A stretch of 64,000 nucleotides of DNA from an uncultured Methanomicrobiaceae archaeon (lineage in GTDB: Archaea; Halobacteriota; Methanomicrobia; Methanomicrobiales; Methanoculleaceae), in the NCBI GenBank assembly GCA_963826525.1, contig CAWGXH010000003.1:96001-160000 (forward strand), read 5' to 3'. Positions 33,003 through 44,073 of this stretch are shown here, piece after piece. Numbering within the stretch: the stretch's first letter is position 1; each line of letters begins with the position of its first letter. A program made the position numbers and the translations under genes. The notes beneath the pieces were generated by a model, which worked only from the letters and a program-made list of their open reading frames with translations, did not search any database and had not been told where the DNA came from.

Positions 33003-33392
33003 TTAGGCACCCGCCCCGTACTCGCCGATGACGACCATTGTCACGTCCCGGGCGATCGCCTCATCGCTCCGCCGGGCGGTGGGAAGGCCGTAATCGGCAG
33101 CGATCCGCCGGAGACGGGCAGGATCCTGGATGGTGTAGTCCCCTCCGTATCCGGACGTCTCCAGGTACCACGATACGAGCAGGGCGACGGTCCCCGCATC
33201 GATCTCGTCCTCCATCATGCTGTAGTGCAGCAGATCGACGATGCACCGGTGGATCCGCGGGGGGAGGAACCCTGCCTCGGTCCATATCCGGGATGTCGCA
33301 AAACCCTCGTCACCACGTGACCGGAACGCGAGGGGGAGCGATGTCTCCCCGGGAAGTGCGGCATGGGTCTCTGAGGTATGTGAAAGAATCAT
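33003..33392 (-). CDS. hypothetical protein with CooS-like helical segment
   Basis: GDYTIQDPARLRRIAADYGL...EAIARDV..VVIGEYG; upstream of and co-oriented with the RND gene. Confidence 0.55.
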   Translation of the reverse strand: MILSHTSETHAALPGETSLPLAFRSRGDEGFATSRIWTEAGFLPPRIHRCIVDLLHYSMMEDEIDAGTVALLVSWYLETSGYGGDYTIQDPARLRRIAADYGLPTARRSDEAIARDVTMVVIGEYGAGA

Positions 33393-33570
33393 GGCAAACA
33401 CCGAACTCGTGAGGACAGGTCGACGGGATCTGGTGATATAGGTGATGCAACTGCAAAAGGGAGCAATCACGGGACACCCGCTCCCGGACTGCTTTTGAGG
33501 TGGATCCCTTTGGATGGATGGCGCTGACACGGTATTACCTTTCCAGCCACCATTGGAGACGGATCTCATC

Positions 33571-33671
33571 ACCTACTGGTTTATGATGGGGATAGGCATG
33601 ATGATCGGTTTTTAACCCGCTATCCGGTGAACTGGTGGCTGGTGAAGAGAGGCGTCAAGGAACGGATGTGA
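33571..33671 (+). pseudogene. DUF4396-like membrane protein C-terminal remnant
   Basis: YWFMMGIGMMIGF / YPVNWWLVKRGVKERM* matches the DUF4396 C-terminus; no upstream part. Confidence 0.65.
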
Positions 33672-33816
33672 ACGGACGGGAGAATGCTGATGCCGCCGAT
33701 CAACCGGCGTGGGTTGTATTGATTCATTGGGATGGTACTCGACCTCCGCGGCAGGGTGGATATCCGGGAGGATAACATTATCTGCACTGAGATGATTAGG
33801 GCACCCGGTGATCGGT

Positions 33817-34221
33817 ATGATCGGAGAAATGGTTGGAGAATTGACAGGTAACGTGGTCGGGAAGCGTCTTAGCCGCCATTACGGAGGAGACCTGAAGATC
33901 GAGAGGACCATGGAGTCGAAAGGAAAGATCCTCGACACTGACGTGACCCTTATGGCCACATTCTGGTCGAAGGAGAGGCCTCAGGGCGGCATGTTCTCGA
34001 AGGGCAACGGGCTCATGATGACCAAAACCGGTGAAAAGGCCGTGCTGCACGGGTCAGGAATCAGTGTTCAGGGAAAAGGTCCCGGGTGGAGTATGCGAGG
34101 AATCCGGTATCTGCAGACATCCTCCCCCGCCCTGAGCCGGCTCAATGGTGTGGCACTGGTCTTCGAGATCGAGATCGATCCTGACGGAAAGGTCCATGAC
34201 AAGATGTGGGAGTGGAAATAA
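33817..34221 (+). CDS. hypothetical beta-rich protein
   Basis: Clean ORF with alternating beta-strand pattern, ends MWEWK. Confidence 0.75.
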   Translation: MIGEMVGELTGNVVGKRLSRHYGGDLKIERTMESKGKILDTDVTLMATFWSKERPQGGMFSKGNGLMMTKTGEKAVLHGSGISVQGKGPGWSMRGIRYLQTSSPALSRLNGVALVFEIEIDPDGKVHDKMWEWK

Positions 34222-34600
34222 ATTCCTCTTCAGGGCGGCATCGAAAGACCGAAGGGCTTTCATCTGCGATACCTGGGGCATCGCGACAGGGTGCGCTCCG
34301 GAGGAACCGGCATCCATTCCTGGAAGGCATCCGGCCGGGGATATCCTTTACACAATTATTTCCTTCCCTCACCATTTCAGCGTGGGATCCCCTCTTTTCA
34401 CGCTGCGAGTGACGCCGCCGTTGCTTGATGCGGTTCTACGGCGTAGTTTATTCTCTGATACGTGAGGATTTTCGGTTTGAAATTTCGTGGAATCTTTGAA
34501 TAATATCAATTTTCATTTTCAAACATCTATTGTTAAAACTGAAAAAGAGCGATAATTCGGCCAATTGTCAGGTCGGAGTGAGGGTGTCGCCCCGCCCTGA

Positions 34601-35689
34601 TCACCTGACCGGCGGCGCGTCGGCCCCCCTGCTCTCTGCCGGGGGCTTTTGCTCGTCTGCAAAGAGGTGGTCGACGCCCAGGATCGTGTTCACCCATGCC
34701 CAGTCGTCGCTGAACCCGGCGATCATCAGGACGATGAGCGTGAGCGGAACGGCAAAGATCATCCCGGCAACCCCGAGAGCCCATCCCCAGAAGATGACCG
34801 AGAGGATGACCACGAGGGCGGGAATCTCAAAACGCCTCGATGCGAAGTGCGCAAAGATTGGGTTCTCCACCAGTGCATTCAGGACAACGACAGCCGCAAC
34901 GACTGCGACCGCACCCCAGAGTCCGAACTGCAGCCAGGCGAAGAAGATCGCCGGAAGTGCCGCGACGATCAGGCCGATGTATGGGATGTATGCGAGCAGG
35001 AACGTCAGAACTCCCCAGAGAACTGCTGCATGCACCCCCGTAACCCAGAGGAACGCACCGAAGAGGAAGCCGTGGACGAGGTTCGCCTCGGTTCTGACGA
35101 TGACGAATTCAATCAGAAACCTACCCATACGGGAGAACGCCTCGACGCTCTCGGCTCTGTGTCCCGCCACCCTCTGTATGCGTCCCGGAACATGCGGCAC
35201 CTCGAGGAGCATGAAGATCGTCGTCACCGCTATGAAGAAGAGGTAGAGGAGAAGATCCGCAAGGCTCATGGCGGACGAAGAGAGGACTCCGGCAAACCGT
35301 TGCAGGTCGACCGAGGACGGGGAGATAGACCCCGTGTTGATCCCGAACCTGTCCAGGATGGCGAGGATCTCGGAGAGCCTGGCGGTCAGCTCCTGCTGGT
35401 AGAGAGGGAGATCGGAGACCAGGCGCTCGAATGAGAAGAAGACGAGATAGCAGATCAGCAGGATCGCGAGACAGGCGATGACGGTGACCACACCGACAGC
35501 GGCGATCTCCGGCAGACCCCTCGACCGGAGCGCTTTCGTCGCGGGGTACACGAGCATGGCGAGGATCAGCGCGACGACGACGATAGTGATGAGATACGAG
35601 ATCAACTGGAGTCCGATGATAAGAAAGACCACCGCCGCAAGCAGGAGTACGGTACTGAGAGACCGGGGAAGAACTGGAGCGTCTGCCAT
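34601..35689 (-). CDS. AI-2E family transporter
   Basis: LAYIPYIG, ENPIF.., SVIFWGWALGVAGMIFAVPLT. Confidence 0.9.
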   Translation of the reverse strand: MADAPVLPRSLSTVLLLAAVVFLIIGLQLISYLITIVVVALILAMLVYPATKALRSRGLPEIAAVGVVTVIACLAILLICYLVFFSFERLVSDLPLYQQELTARLSEILAILDRFGINTGSISPSSVDLQRFAGVLSSSAMSLADLLLYLFFIAVTTIFMLLEVPHVPGRIQRVAGHRAESVEAFSRMGRFLIEFVIVRTEANLVHGFLFGAFLWVTGVHAAVLWGVLTFLLAYIPYIGLIVAALPAIFFAWLQFGLWGAVAVVAAVVVLNALVENPIFAHFASRRFEIPALVVILSVIFWGWALGVAGMIFAVPLTLIVLMIAGFSDDWAWVNTILGVDHLFADEQKPPAESRGADAPPVR

Positions 35690-36182
35690 CCTGAGTGACG
35701 TGTTTTAACGGCAACTATATTAATGCCGCGAAATGTGCCGGAGAAGGACTTTCTGGAAAAATGGTCTCTTCAGGTGCTCCATTTCTGCTGTAAATCCCTC
35801 ATATGCCTGCTGCTGCACCCGGGTCATCCCGTGGGAGTACGGGAGCGGCGTGCAGTTCCTGCGATACATGCTTGTGATTCGCTTTCTGGTGTAGGTATGA
35901 GGTGTAATGCTCGGAGAGGCGTCCGCATCGGGTTCTGCACCGGGACGGCAGATTGGGTGAGGCCAGCTCCCCTATCCCGAAAACAGGCATCCGGTGCCGA
36001 TTGCGCGGAGAAAGGCGATGGATCCTGCGGCTGATCGATCGGGAGCCGTCCGATCAAAATCGGTTCAAGTCCCTGTGTAAGCGCAAGGCCTTGAATGGTA
36101 TTCAATAATTTTCCCGGAATTACCTGGTATCAGCAACAGACAATTCGTTATATTTTTAAATAACGGCTGTTTTTCTTTCTGT

Positions 36183-38005
36183 ATGCGAAAACGCATCGAC
36201 AGAACTGAGATTTTTACGAAGCAGCCTCGCCCTGTTCGTCGCACTCCTGTTTGTGTCAACGAATGCACTGGCATGCACGACCTTTGCGATAACGCCTGGT
36301 GCATCCGAAGACGGATCGATGTACGTCGGGCATACGAATGACGGCGTCGGAAAAGACTGGAGAGCAGATCGACGACATAAGCCTTCTCTACGTCCCTGCG
36401 GCCGACCATGCGCCCGGAGAGAAAAGGCCGGTGCTGTACGACCCAAACAGCGGTTCGGATGCGGCAGGAGGGAAGAGAGGCGGGAATTCAAGTCTGATTC
36501 TCGGGTATATCGACCAGGTGCCGCACACCTACGCGTACTATACCGGATCATACGGCATGATGAACGAACACCAGCTGCTCTCCGGCGAGTGCACCGATTA
36601 TGCGAAGGTCGAGCTTGGCCCGGAATCGGGGAAACGGATCTTCTACTCCTCGGAGCTCTCGGATGTGGCGCTTGCGCGGTGCACGAAAGCACGGGAAGCG
36701 GTCGAACTGGTCGGTAGTCTGATCGACACCTACGGCTATTACGGAACCGGCGAGACGCTCATCTTCGCCGACCCGGAGGAGGCATGGGTCATCGAGATGT
36801 GCTCGAGCCTCGATGAGGAGGACGGCGGCGGTCTCTGGGTCGCGCAGAAGATCCCCGACAGCGAGGTCTTTGTTGCGGCAAACGAGTTCCGGATCCGCGA
36901 GATCGTTCCCGGAAACCCTGACCAGCTCTACTCGAAGGCTCTCTTCAGCAAGCTCGAGAAGGCGGGCATGTGGTCTCCTGCAGACGGCACCCTCGACTGG
37001 CTCGAGGCGGTCAGCTACGGTGAATATTCGCATCCCTACTACTCCCTGATGCGTGTTTGGCGTATCCAGGATACGCTCGCGCCGTCGCTCAACCTGAGCC
37101 CGTACATTGAGAGTTCATATACGAAGGCGTTTCCGTTCACCGTTACGCCCGACGAAAAGGTCAATCTCACGGAGGCATTCTCCCTCTTCCGGGATCACTA
37201 CGAGGGAACCGACTTCGACCTCTCCACCGGCGTTGCCGCGGGGCCGTTCGGGAACCCGTACCGCTACTTAGGGCCTGCCGATGCCCACACGGATTTCCAG
37301 AACGAATCGTACGAGCAGGTCCGTCCCGGGGCGAACCCGCGGCCGATCTCGGCAGTCTTCTGCAGTTACAGTTACGTTGCCGAGGCACGCTCGTCCCTCC
37401 CCGACCCGGTAGGAGGAGTGCTCTGGTTCGGTCCTGCGGTCGCATACGAGACGGTCTACGCGCCGATGTACGCGGGCTCCGATGACGTATCCGCCGCATA
37501 CACAACCGGCGACCGGCTGCAGTATGATTATAACAGTGCATACTGGACGTTCGATCTCGTAACGAACTGGGCCATGCTTCGCTACGATGCAATGATCGGC
37601 GCAATCACCGCAAAACAGGGCGAACTTGAGGCTGGATCGATAGCACTTGTGCAGGAGACCGACAGACAGGCGGTCGAGTTCATCAACGCCGGTGACGAGG
37701 AAGGGGCGGCACGTCTCCTCACGAACTTCACCGTCACGCGGAGCGATGAGATCCTCGACGAGTGGCACGATCTCACGGGTACGCTGATCGTCATGTACTC
37801 GAACGGCCTTATTACCGACCCGGTGACGGAAGCGGTCGATGAGCCCGGATATCCGGCATGGTGGCTTGCCGATGCTGACTACCAGTACGGGCCGCGGGTC
37901 TACGAACTCGATGAACTCCGCGCCACCGGCGGGCTGAACTATACGGGTAGCACTGTCTGGGTCCCGAAGAACGCAACGTTCGCCGAGATCCGGGAACTCA
38001 TCTGA
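36183..38005 (+). CDS. secreted C69 family dipeptidase (Ntn hydrolase; 5' frameshifts)
   Basis: Signal peptide ALA|CTT, HTND, MNEHQL, ADPEEAW, ANEFRI, RDHYEGT, AAGPFG, RPIS. Confidence 0.88.
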
Positions 38006-38117
38006 ACATATCTTTTTTTGTGGATCTCCGGTTAGCCGGTTCTCCCCCTCTCCTGCCGTACCAGGGTTCCTGCGCCCGGTGCAAACGCTAAAATGTCATT
38101 CTGAATCATCTATCTGT

Positions 38118-39072
38118 ATGGATTACCAGGCGGTCAGGCGGCGGGTCTGCGAGATACTTGACTGCACGTGAAGGGTGATCGGGCGGTCAGGCGGCGGGTC
38201 TATGAGATACTTGAGCCCGCACGTGAAGGTGACCGGGCAAGCTACGCCTTTGACATCTTCATCACGATCGTGATCGTGCTGAACATCGCGACCATGATCT
38301 TCCTCTCCGTCCGGGGAGTGCGTGACTATCCGGAGGTTGCCCTCATGCTCATCCTGCTTGCGGGTCTGACGCTGTTCATCTTCATCGTCAAGTATATCCT
38401 CCGGCTCTGGTCGTGCGTCGAAGACCCGGCCTACCATAAAAGCCCGTCCTCGGGAGGCTCCGGTGGGCACGGACACCCTACGCCCTGATCGATCTCGTCG
38501 TCATCCTCCCCTATTTCCTGCTGTTCTTCTTCGGATTCAATCTCACCGGGCTTGTCATCCTGCGTGTCTTCCGGCTTTTCAAGATCGTGCGCTACTCCGA
38601 CTCCATCTCCCTCATCATCCGGGTGATCAGAGCCGAGAAAGACACCCTGATCACGACCTATGTGGTCCTCTTCATCGTTCTGATCGCCGCCGCGACCCTG
38701 ATGTACCAGGTTGAGTATCCCGCCCAGCCGGAGACCTTCTCCGATATTCCGGCAACGATGTGGTGGGGGATTATCGCCCTCACCACCACCGGCTACGGCG
38801 ATATGGTCCCGATAACGCCGGCGGGCAAGCTGCTCGGCTCCGTCATCGCCCTGATCGGGATCGGCATCTTCGCCCTCCCCGCCGGCATTCTCGCCTCCGA
38901 TTTTTCAAAGGTGCTTGCCCGGAAGACGGGTGACGAGGTATACCTCTGCCCTCACTGCAGGCAGGAAGTGAAACAGAGCGAGGCTGTGGAGAAAGCGGGA
39001 GTGAACAAAAAAGAACGATTCTATGGTTGGGCTGCACACGACTGCGGCAGCTGCCATGGCAGAGTGGCCTGA
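38118..39072 (+). CDS. voltage-gated-type potassium channel (5' duplication, frameshift; possibly pseudogene)
   Basis: S4-like LRVFRLFKIVRY, pore MWWGIIALTTTGYGDMVP, ALPAGIL, C-terminal CPHC. Confidence 0.85.
38129..38238 (+). repeat. tandem ~54-bp duplication at the K+ channel 5' end
   Basis: GGCGGTCAGGCGGCGGGTCT..GAGATACTTGA...GCACGTGAAGG.TGA.CGGGC occurs twice. Confidence 0.9.
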
Positions 39073-39117
39073 TTCCGTTCCCGGTAAAAGGGGCATCGGC
39101 AGTTGCCGCCAGGCCGC

Positions 39118-39549
39118 TCATCGTGCCGGCGGGGCTGCCCGTGCCTCTGCTTCACGCCGTTCCCGCTCCGGACGTACGGCAAGCTGGACCACGGAGAGAA
39201 TATTTCCCTCGGTGTCCTTGAACCACGCACCCTTCTCCCCGCCGAGGGTCGCAATGCTCCCTTCCGTCTTCAGCCCCGGCATATCGTACTCTTCGAACGT
39301 GATTCCTTTCCTCTTCAGTTCCTTCACTTCCGCCTCGATATCGTCGACGGAGAAACTGACCGCCGTATTATCGGCCTTCGTCGGCGCACGCGAGTAGAGG
39401 AGGAGCATCGTCCCTCCTCCGGCTTCGTAGAGCACTCCGCTGTCCCGCACTTCACTGAGCTTCAGGCCGAGTTTCTCCTCGTAGAATCTTCGTGCCCGCT
39501 CCATGTCGACCACGGGCAGTGTGGGCACCACTATCGCATTGGTTAACAT
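39118..39549 (-). CDS. VOC/glyoxalase family protein
   Basis: LPVVDMERARRFYEEKLGL, AWFKDTEGNIL. Confidence 0.92.
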   Translation of the reverse strand: MLTNAIVVPTLPVVDMERARRFYEEKLGLKLSEVRDSGVLYEAGGGTMLLLYSRAPTKADNTAVSFSVDDIEAEVKELKRKGITFEEYDMPGLKTEGSIATLGGEKGAWFKDTEGNILSVVQLAVRPERERREAEARAAPPAR

Positions 39550-39786
39550 ACGTCATACCTCCGGGTGCCGGGCACCTGATGGTACCGGGCGGAGCAGGGT
39601 AGCCGGACGTGTATATGTACCTTCCTGCTAAGGGAGAAAACGCGGTATGCCACGCGAACTTCGTCGGGCGACGTAAGGTACACGGAATTTCACGGAAATC
39701 GCACTGCCGGGGGGATGCTTCTGCCCGGGCATAACGCTATATGCAGTGAATCCGGATGGGATGCACCCCCTGATGGAGAGAGGTGC

Positions 39787-40545
39787 ATGAGAAGTGTCGT
39801 ATTATTAGCATCGGTGGCCGTCCTGCTCATGCTCGCCGGGTGCGTCAGCCCAAGCGAAGGAAGCAACGGCGGGTCGCAGAATGGGACGACGGTGAACATC
39901 GAGAGTGGCGGCCGGACCTACCCGGCCTACATCGCGGCGCCGGATGAAAACGGGACGTACCCGGCGGTGGTGCTGATCCACTCTTTCAACGGGCTTGAAC
40001 CCGGCTACCGGGAGATAGTCGACCGCTTTGCCGGAGAAGGTTTTGTCGTCATCGCCCCCGAGTGGCAGACCTATGCACAATCGCCGGAGGACAATGTGAC
40101 GGAAGCGCTGATCCGGGATACGATCGCCTACCTCGAGACCCGTCCCGATGTCAACGAGAGCAGCCTCGGTCTGACGGGTTTCTGCGCAGGCGGGCGCTAC
40201 ACCATGCTCTTCCTGCCCCGGATTGAGGAGTTCAGATCGGCTGTGGCCTGGTACGGCTTCCCCTACTCCGGGGGACAGGCGAACGGCACCTCTCCGGCGG
40301 ACCTCATCAATGCGATCGAGGATCCGATGCTGATCATCCACGGCACGGCTGATCAGGCAAGCCCGGTGGCCGATATCTACCGGTATGCGACCGATCTCGA
40401 TGCGGCCGGCAAGTACTTCGAGCTCAAGGTCTACCAGGGCGAGCCGCACGGGTTCATGGTCCAGGATGGGCAGTTCTCGGAGAGTTTCGTCGCCCGGGAC
40501 GCCTACGGGGAGATGGTGACGTTCTTCAACCGGACGCTCGGATGA
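39787..40545 (+). CDS. dienelactone hydrolase family lipoprotein
   Basis: Lipobox LAGC; GFCAGG, HGTAD, HGF. Confidence 0.9.
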   Translation: MRSVVLLASVAVLLMLAGCVSPSEGSNGGSQNGTTVNIESGGRTYPAYIAAPDENGTYPAVVLIHSFNGLEPGYREIVDRFAGEGFVVIAPEWQTYAQSPEDNVTEALIRDTIAYLETRPDVNESSLGLTGFCAGGRYTMLFLPRIEEFRSAVAWYGFPYSGGQANGTSPADLINAIEDPMLIIHGTADQASPVADIYRYATDLDAAGKYFELKVYQGEPHGFMVQDGQFSESFVARDAYGEMVTFFNRTLG

Positions 40546-40635
40546 TCTCCCCATCCGGCCATTTTTCGGATCCCCTACATGAGGGTATTTCGGGCCGTGC
40601 GTTTATTGTAAAACCGGTTTTCAGGTTCAGCTGCC

Positions 40636-41397
40636 TTACGGCGCGCTGCTCCGGGCAATCTTCTTCATCACCTTCTCCCAGTCTTTCGTCGTGAGGAAAC
40701 TCTCCTCCATGAACCCTATCACCTTTTCAAACTTCTTCATGGGGAAGGCCATCGTCAGGGTATCCAGCGGGACACACGGCCGCGCCGAGGGGTCGAACAT
40801 GCCGAGCACGGCTTTTGGGTTCTCGTTCTGCTGCTCGAGCCACGGGTAGTAGAAGATCGAACTGCATCCGGCGCCGAACGGGCAGACGACGCCGTTCGGG
40901 TCGGTCTCGCTGAAGTTTGCAAGCGTGAAGAGGCCGGAGAGCACTTCCGGCCGGGCGAAGAAGACCACGGCGTCCGGGTTGTCCGTATCCGTCAGGCTGT
41001 CCCAGCGTTTGAAGACGATGCTCTTTCCCATCGTGGGTATCCGGACGGTTCTCCAGTCGAGTTCGTCCACGATCTCCGGCGTCTGCTTATAGCGTTCTCC
41101 CTCGATAACCCCGGGCTTGCCGTAGGAGAGGAAGTAGCGGAAATCGGGAAACCGTTCGGCATCGTAACCGAGGTAGAACCTTCCTCCGCGGCACCCGATC
41201 GAGTCCTCGCCGAAGACGAGGCTCGTTCCTTTTCGAACCTTTACGAGATCGCAGACGAAGCATCTCCAGCCCTTCGGGGCAGGGGCTCTCTCCAGCCCTT
41301 CGGTGTTGCCTCCTATCTCGAACGTTATCGGGAGTTCTGCTCCCGGAAAGTATCGCTCCCAGAGTTCGGTGAAGGTATCGCGCAGTGCTGTATCCAT
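40636..41397 (-). CDS. DUF169 family protein
   Basis: Conserved Cys motifs CFVC, IGCRGG, GAGC; DPSAR. Confidence 0.8.
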   Translation of the reverse strand: MDTALRDTFTELWERYFPGAELPITFEIGGNTEGLERAPAPKGWRCFVCDLVKVRKGTSLVFGEDSIGCRGGRFYLGYDAERFPDFRYFLSYGKPGVIEGERYKQTPEIVDELDWRTVRIPTMGKSIVFKRWDSLTDTDNPDAVVFFARPEVLSGLFTLANFSETDPNGVVCPFGAGCSSIFYYPWLEQQNENPKAVLGMFDPSARPCVPLDTLTMAFPMKKFEKVIGFMEESFLTTKDWEKVMKKIARSSAP

Positions 41398-41639
41398 ACT
41401 GCCATATTCCGGCACAATAATGAATAATCTTCGGATCTTCTCGGGGACGGGCGGCCAACCGGTCGGCCCTGCTGCAGGACGGGCACTTTGCCGCATGGAG
41501 GGAGCCCGGTTTGTTCACCCAAAACGCTCTTCGGGTACTCTTTACTCCACCCCCTTGAAACAACCTAAAAGGTGAAATATCGGCGTGCTCCACAGTGGCA
41601 GAGTACGCTAATCGACCACGATCATTCGGGGGTTCTGAG

Positions 41640-42040
41640 ATGAAGAAAGGATTTGTAGCAGATATCGAGAAAGAAACTGTAAAGAACACCGATTTCCGCA
41701 GAGTCCTCTATACGGGGAAGTTCAGCCAGCTCGTGCTGATGTGCCTCAAGCCCGGCGAGGAGATCGGCGAGGAGACACACGACGACGTCGACCAGTTCTT
41801 CCGTTTCGAGGAAGGGGAAGGGAAAGTCGTGATCGACGGCGTGGAGCACGCCGTAAAGGACGGCAGCGCCGTGATAGTGCCGAGCGGTGCGAAGCACAAC
41901 GTGCTGAACACGTCAAAGGCGGCAGACCTCAAACTGTACACGATCTACTCGCCGCCCGAGCATCAGGATAAGGTCGTGCGGAAGACCCGGCAGGATGCCA
42001 TGGCCAGGAAGAGCATTTCGACGGGAAGACGACGGAGTAA
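41640..42040 (+). CDS. cupin domain protein (3' frameshift)
   Basis: NTDFRRVLYTG, GEETHDDVDQFF, HNVLN, LYTIYSPPEH; true end EHFDGKTTE*. Confidence 0.88.
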
Positions 42041-42313
42041 CGCTTTTCGGCGTCTCTCACGTTTTCGATTTTTCAAGCCCGAGACTTCGGCAAGTCGCCC
42101 GGCCGGTAAACAGCCGATAGCCCGATTCCGCCGGAAAGCCCGCTTTTCAGGGATTATGCAGGCCCTGGAAGGCCGGAGCAACGCCGGGCTCGGCGGTGCG
42201 GCAGAACTTTCAAGTCTCCGCTCACCAGCTCATGTACAGAGTCCCGACGAACGCACCCGCAGCAGACGGGAAACGTGACGGCGATCACATGCCGATCGAC
42301 GGAGCAACAAAAA

Positions 42314-43115
42314 ATGACCGAGCGACTAAGCCCCGCCCCTGATCGAGTTCAAGAACATCACCGTCATCCGGGACGGGAGAACGATCCTCGACTCGCTCTC
42401 GCTCACGGTCGGTGCCGGGGAGCATATCGCCCTGCTCGGGCCGAACGGTGCGGGAAAATCGTCGTTTATCCGGCTGATCACCCGCGAATACTATCCTTCG
42501 TGTTCGGGAGAGGGCGTTACCTCCAGGATCTGGGGGAGTGACCGGTGGCACGTCTTCGATCTCCGATCCCATCTCGGCATCGTCTCAAACGACCTCCAGC
42601 ATATCTTCACCCGGGAGTTATCCGGGAGGGAGGTCGTCCTCTCCGGTTTCTTCTCGAGCGTCGGCCTCTTCTCGCATACGGTGACCTGCGAGATGGAACG
42701 AAAGGCGGATGAGATCCTCGCGTTTCTTGAGATCGAGCATCTCGCGGGCCGCCCGATGACGGAGTTATCCTCGGGCGAAGCACGCAGGCTCCTGATCGGG
42801 CGGGCGCTCGTCCACGACCCGGCCGCCCTCATCCTCGACGAACCGACGAACAGCCTCGACCTGCACGCGCTCCACACCTTCCGAAAGACCATACGGAAGA
42901 TTGCACGGTCGGGGACCGGGATCATCCTCGTGACTCATAACCTCCATGATATCATCCCGGAGGTCTCCCGGATCATTCTGATGAAGGACGGCCGATTCTG
43001 GAAAGACGGCCCAAAAGCGGAGATGCTGACCGATGAGAATATCGGCGGGCTCTTTAGAGTGCCGGTGTGCGTGAAGGAGGAAGAGGATGGCTACTACTAT
43101 GCGACGGGGTACTGA
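42314..43115 (+). CDS. ABC ATP-binding protein (ModF-like; frameshifted)
   Basis: GPNGAGKS, LSSGEARR, LILDEPT, VTH. Confidence 0.85.
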
Positions 43116-43335
43116 TAGGAGAAGGAGATTCGCTGAACTACCGGGAGGATCTGCCAACCCTGAACCGGGACGCAAAAAGGCAGGTATGAAACTGCCGATA
43201 TCTTTTGAGAAAAGAGTGGTCCGGGTGGTACCCCCGGGCTTTCAGCCCCCAATCGGTCGATGTCCGGAGGTCTGCCTGCACCCCGGATCGCGCACCGGAC
43301 AGACGGCACCATCCGGATAGTCGGCCCGCTACCTC

Positions 43336-43953
43336 TTACGCAAAGACGCCGGCGAGGTAGATGAGGCCGAATACGATGAGCCCCACTCCGCATGCCCCGA
43401 GTATCCACCGGTACGCCTGCTCGCCGAGGATAAACCTACCGTGATGGATACTCGCCGATACGAGCGTCAGCCACCCGAGATCCGCTGCCCAGTGGCCGAG
43501 GACGAACGCCGCCGCAACTATGATGCCTCCTTCGTAGGCAGCTACCAGAAGTGCACTCCCGACGGTGAGCCACCAGATCCAGAAATACGGGTTCGAGAGG
43601 CTGGTCACCGCTCCGGCAACGACGGGACGTGTGATGGTGTCTGTCCCGGCAGCGGGAAGACCTGCTGCCTGCCTGCTCTCCCGCACCGTCAGGAGGCCGA
43701 AGACGACCAGGGCCGCCCCGCCGATCCCGGCAATGACTCCGGTGTACGTGCCGATCACCGCACCGATACCGGCGACGATGAGCAGGACTATCAGCACCTC
43801 GACCGCGATATGCCCGAGCGTCACGCGCGGCCCTGCGCTCCACCCGGTGCGGAGCGAGGCGTTGATCGTCGCGATGAGGGTTGGACCCGGAGCGAGCGCA
43901 CCGGTCAGGCCGATGAGAAAACCGAGGATGAGAGCGTCCGGTATCGTATACAT
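43336..43953 (-). CDS. LysE family translocator
   Basis: GALAPGP, LGH...E, SNPYFWIWW. Confidence 0.9.
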   Translation of the reverse strand: MYTIPDALILGFLIGLTGALAPGPTLIATINASLRTGWSAGPRVTLGHIAVEVLIVLLIVAGIGAVIGTYTGVIAGIGGAALVVFGLLTVRESRQAAGLPAAGTDTITRPVVAGAVTSLSNPYFWIWWLTVGSALLVAAYEGGIIVAAAFVLGHWAADLGWLTLVSASIHHGRFILGEQAYRWILGACGVGLIVFGLIYLAGVFA

Positions 43954-44073
43954 GGCGGCCAGCAACCGAGAGGTACCTTTGCTCTGGGCATGCATAGCCT
44001 TTCCGCAGATGGAGCGGGAGCATCCCCACTGTCAACGGGCAGATTTATCGAATCGAATGACGCAGGGTAGAGC

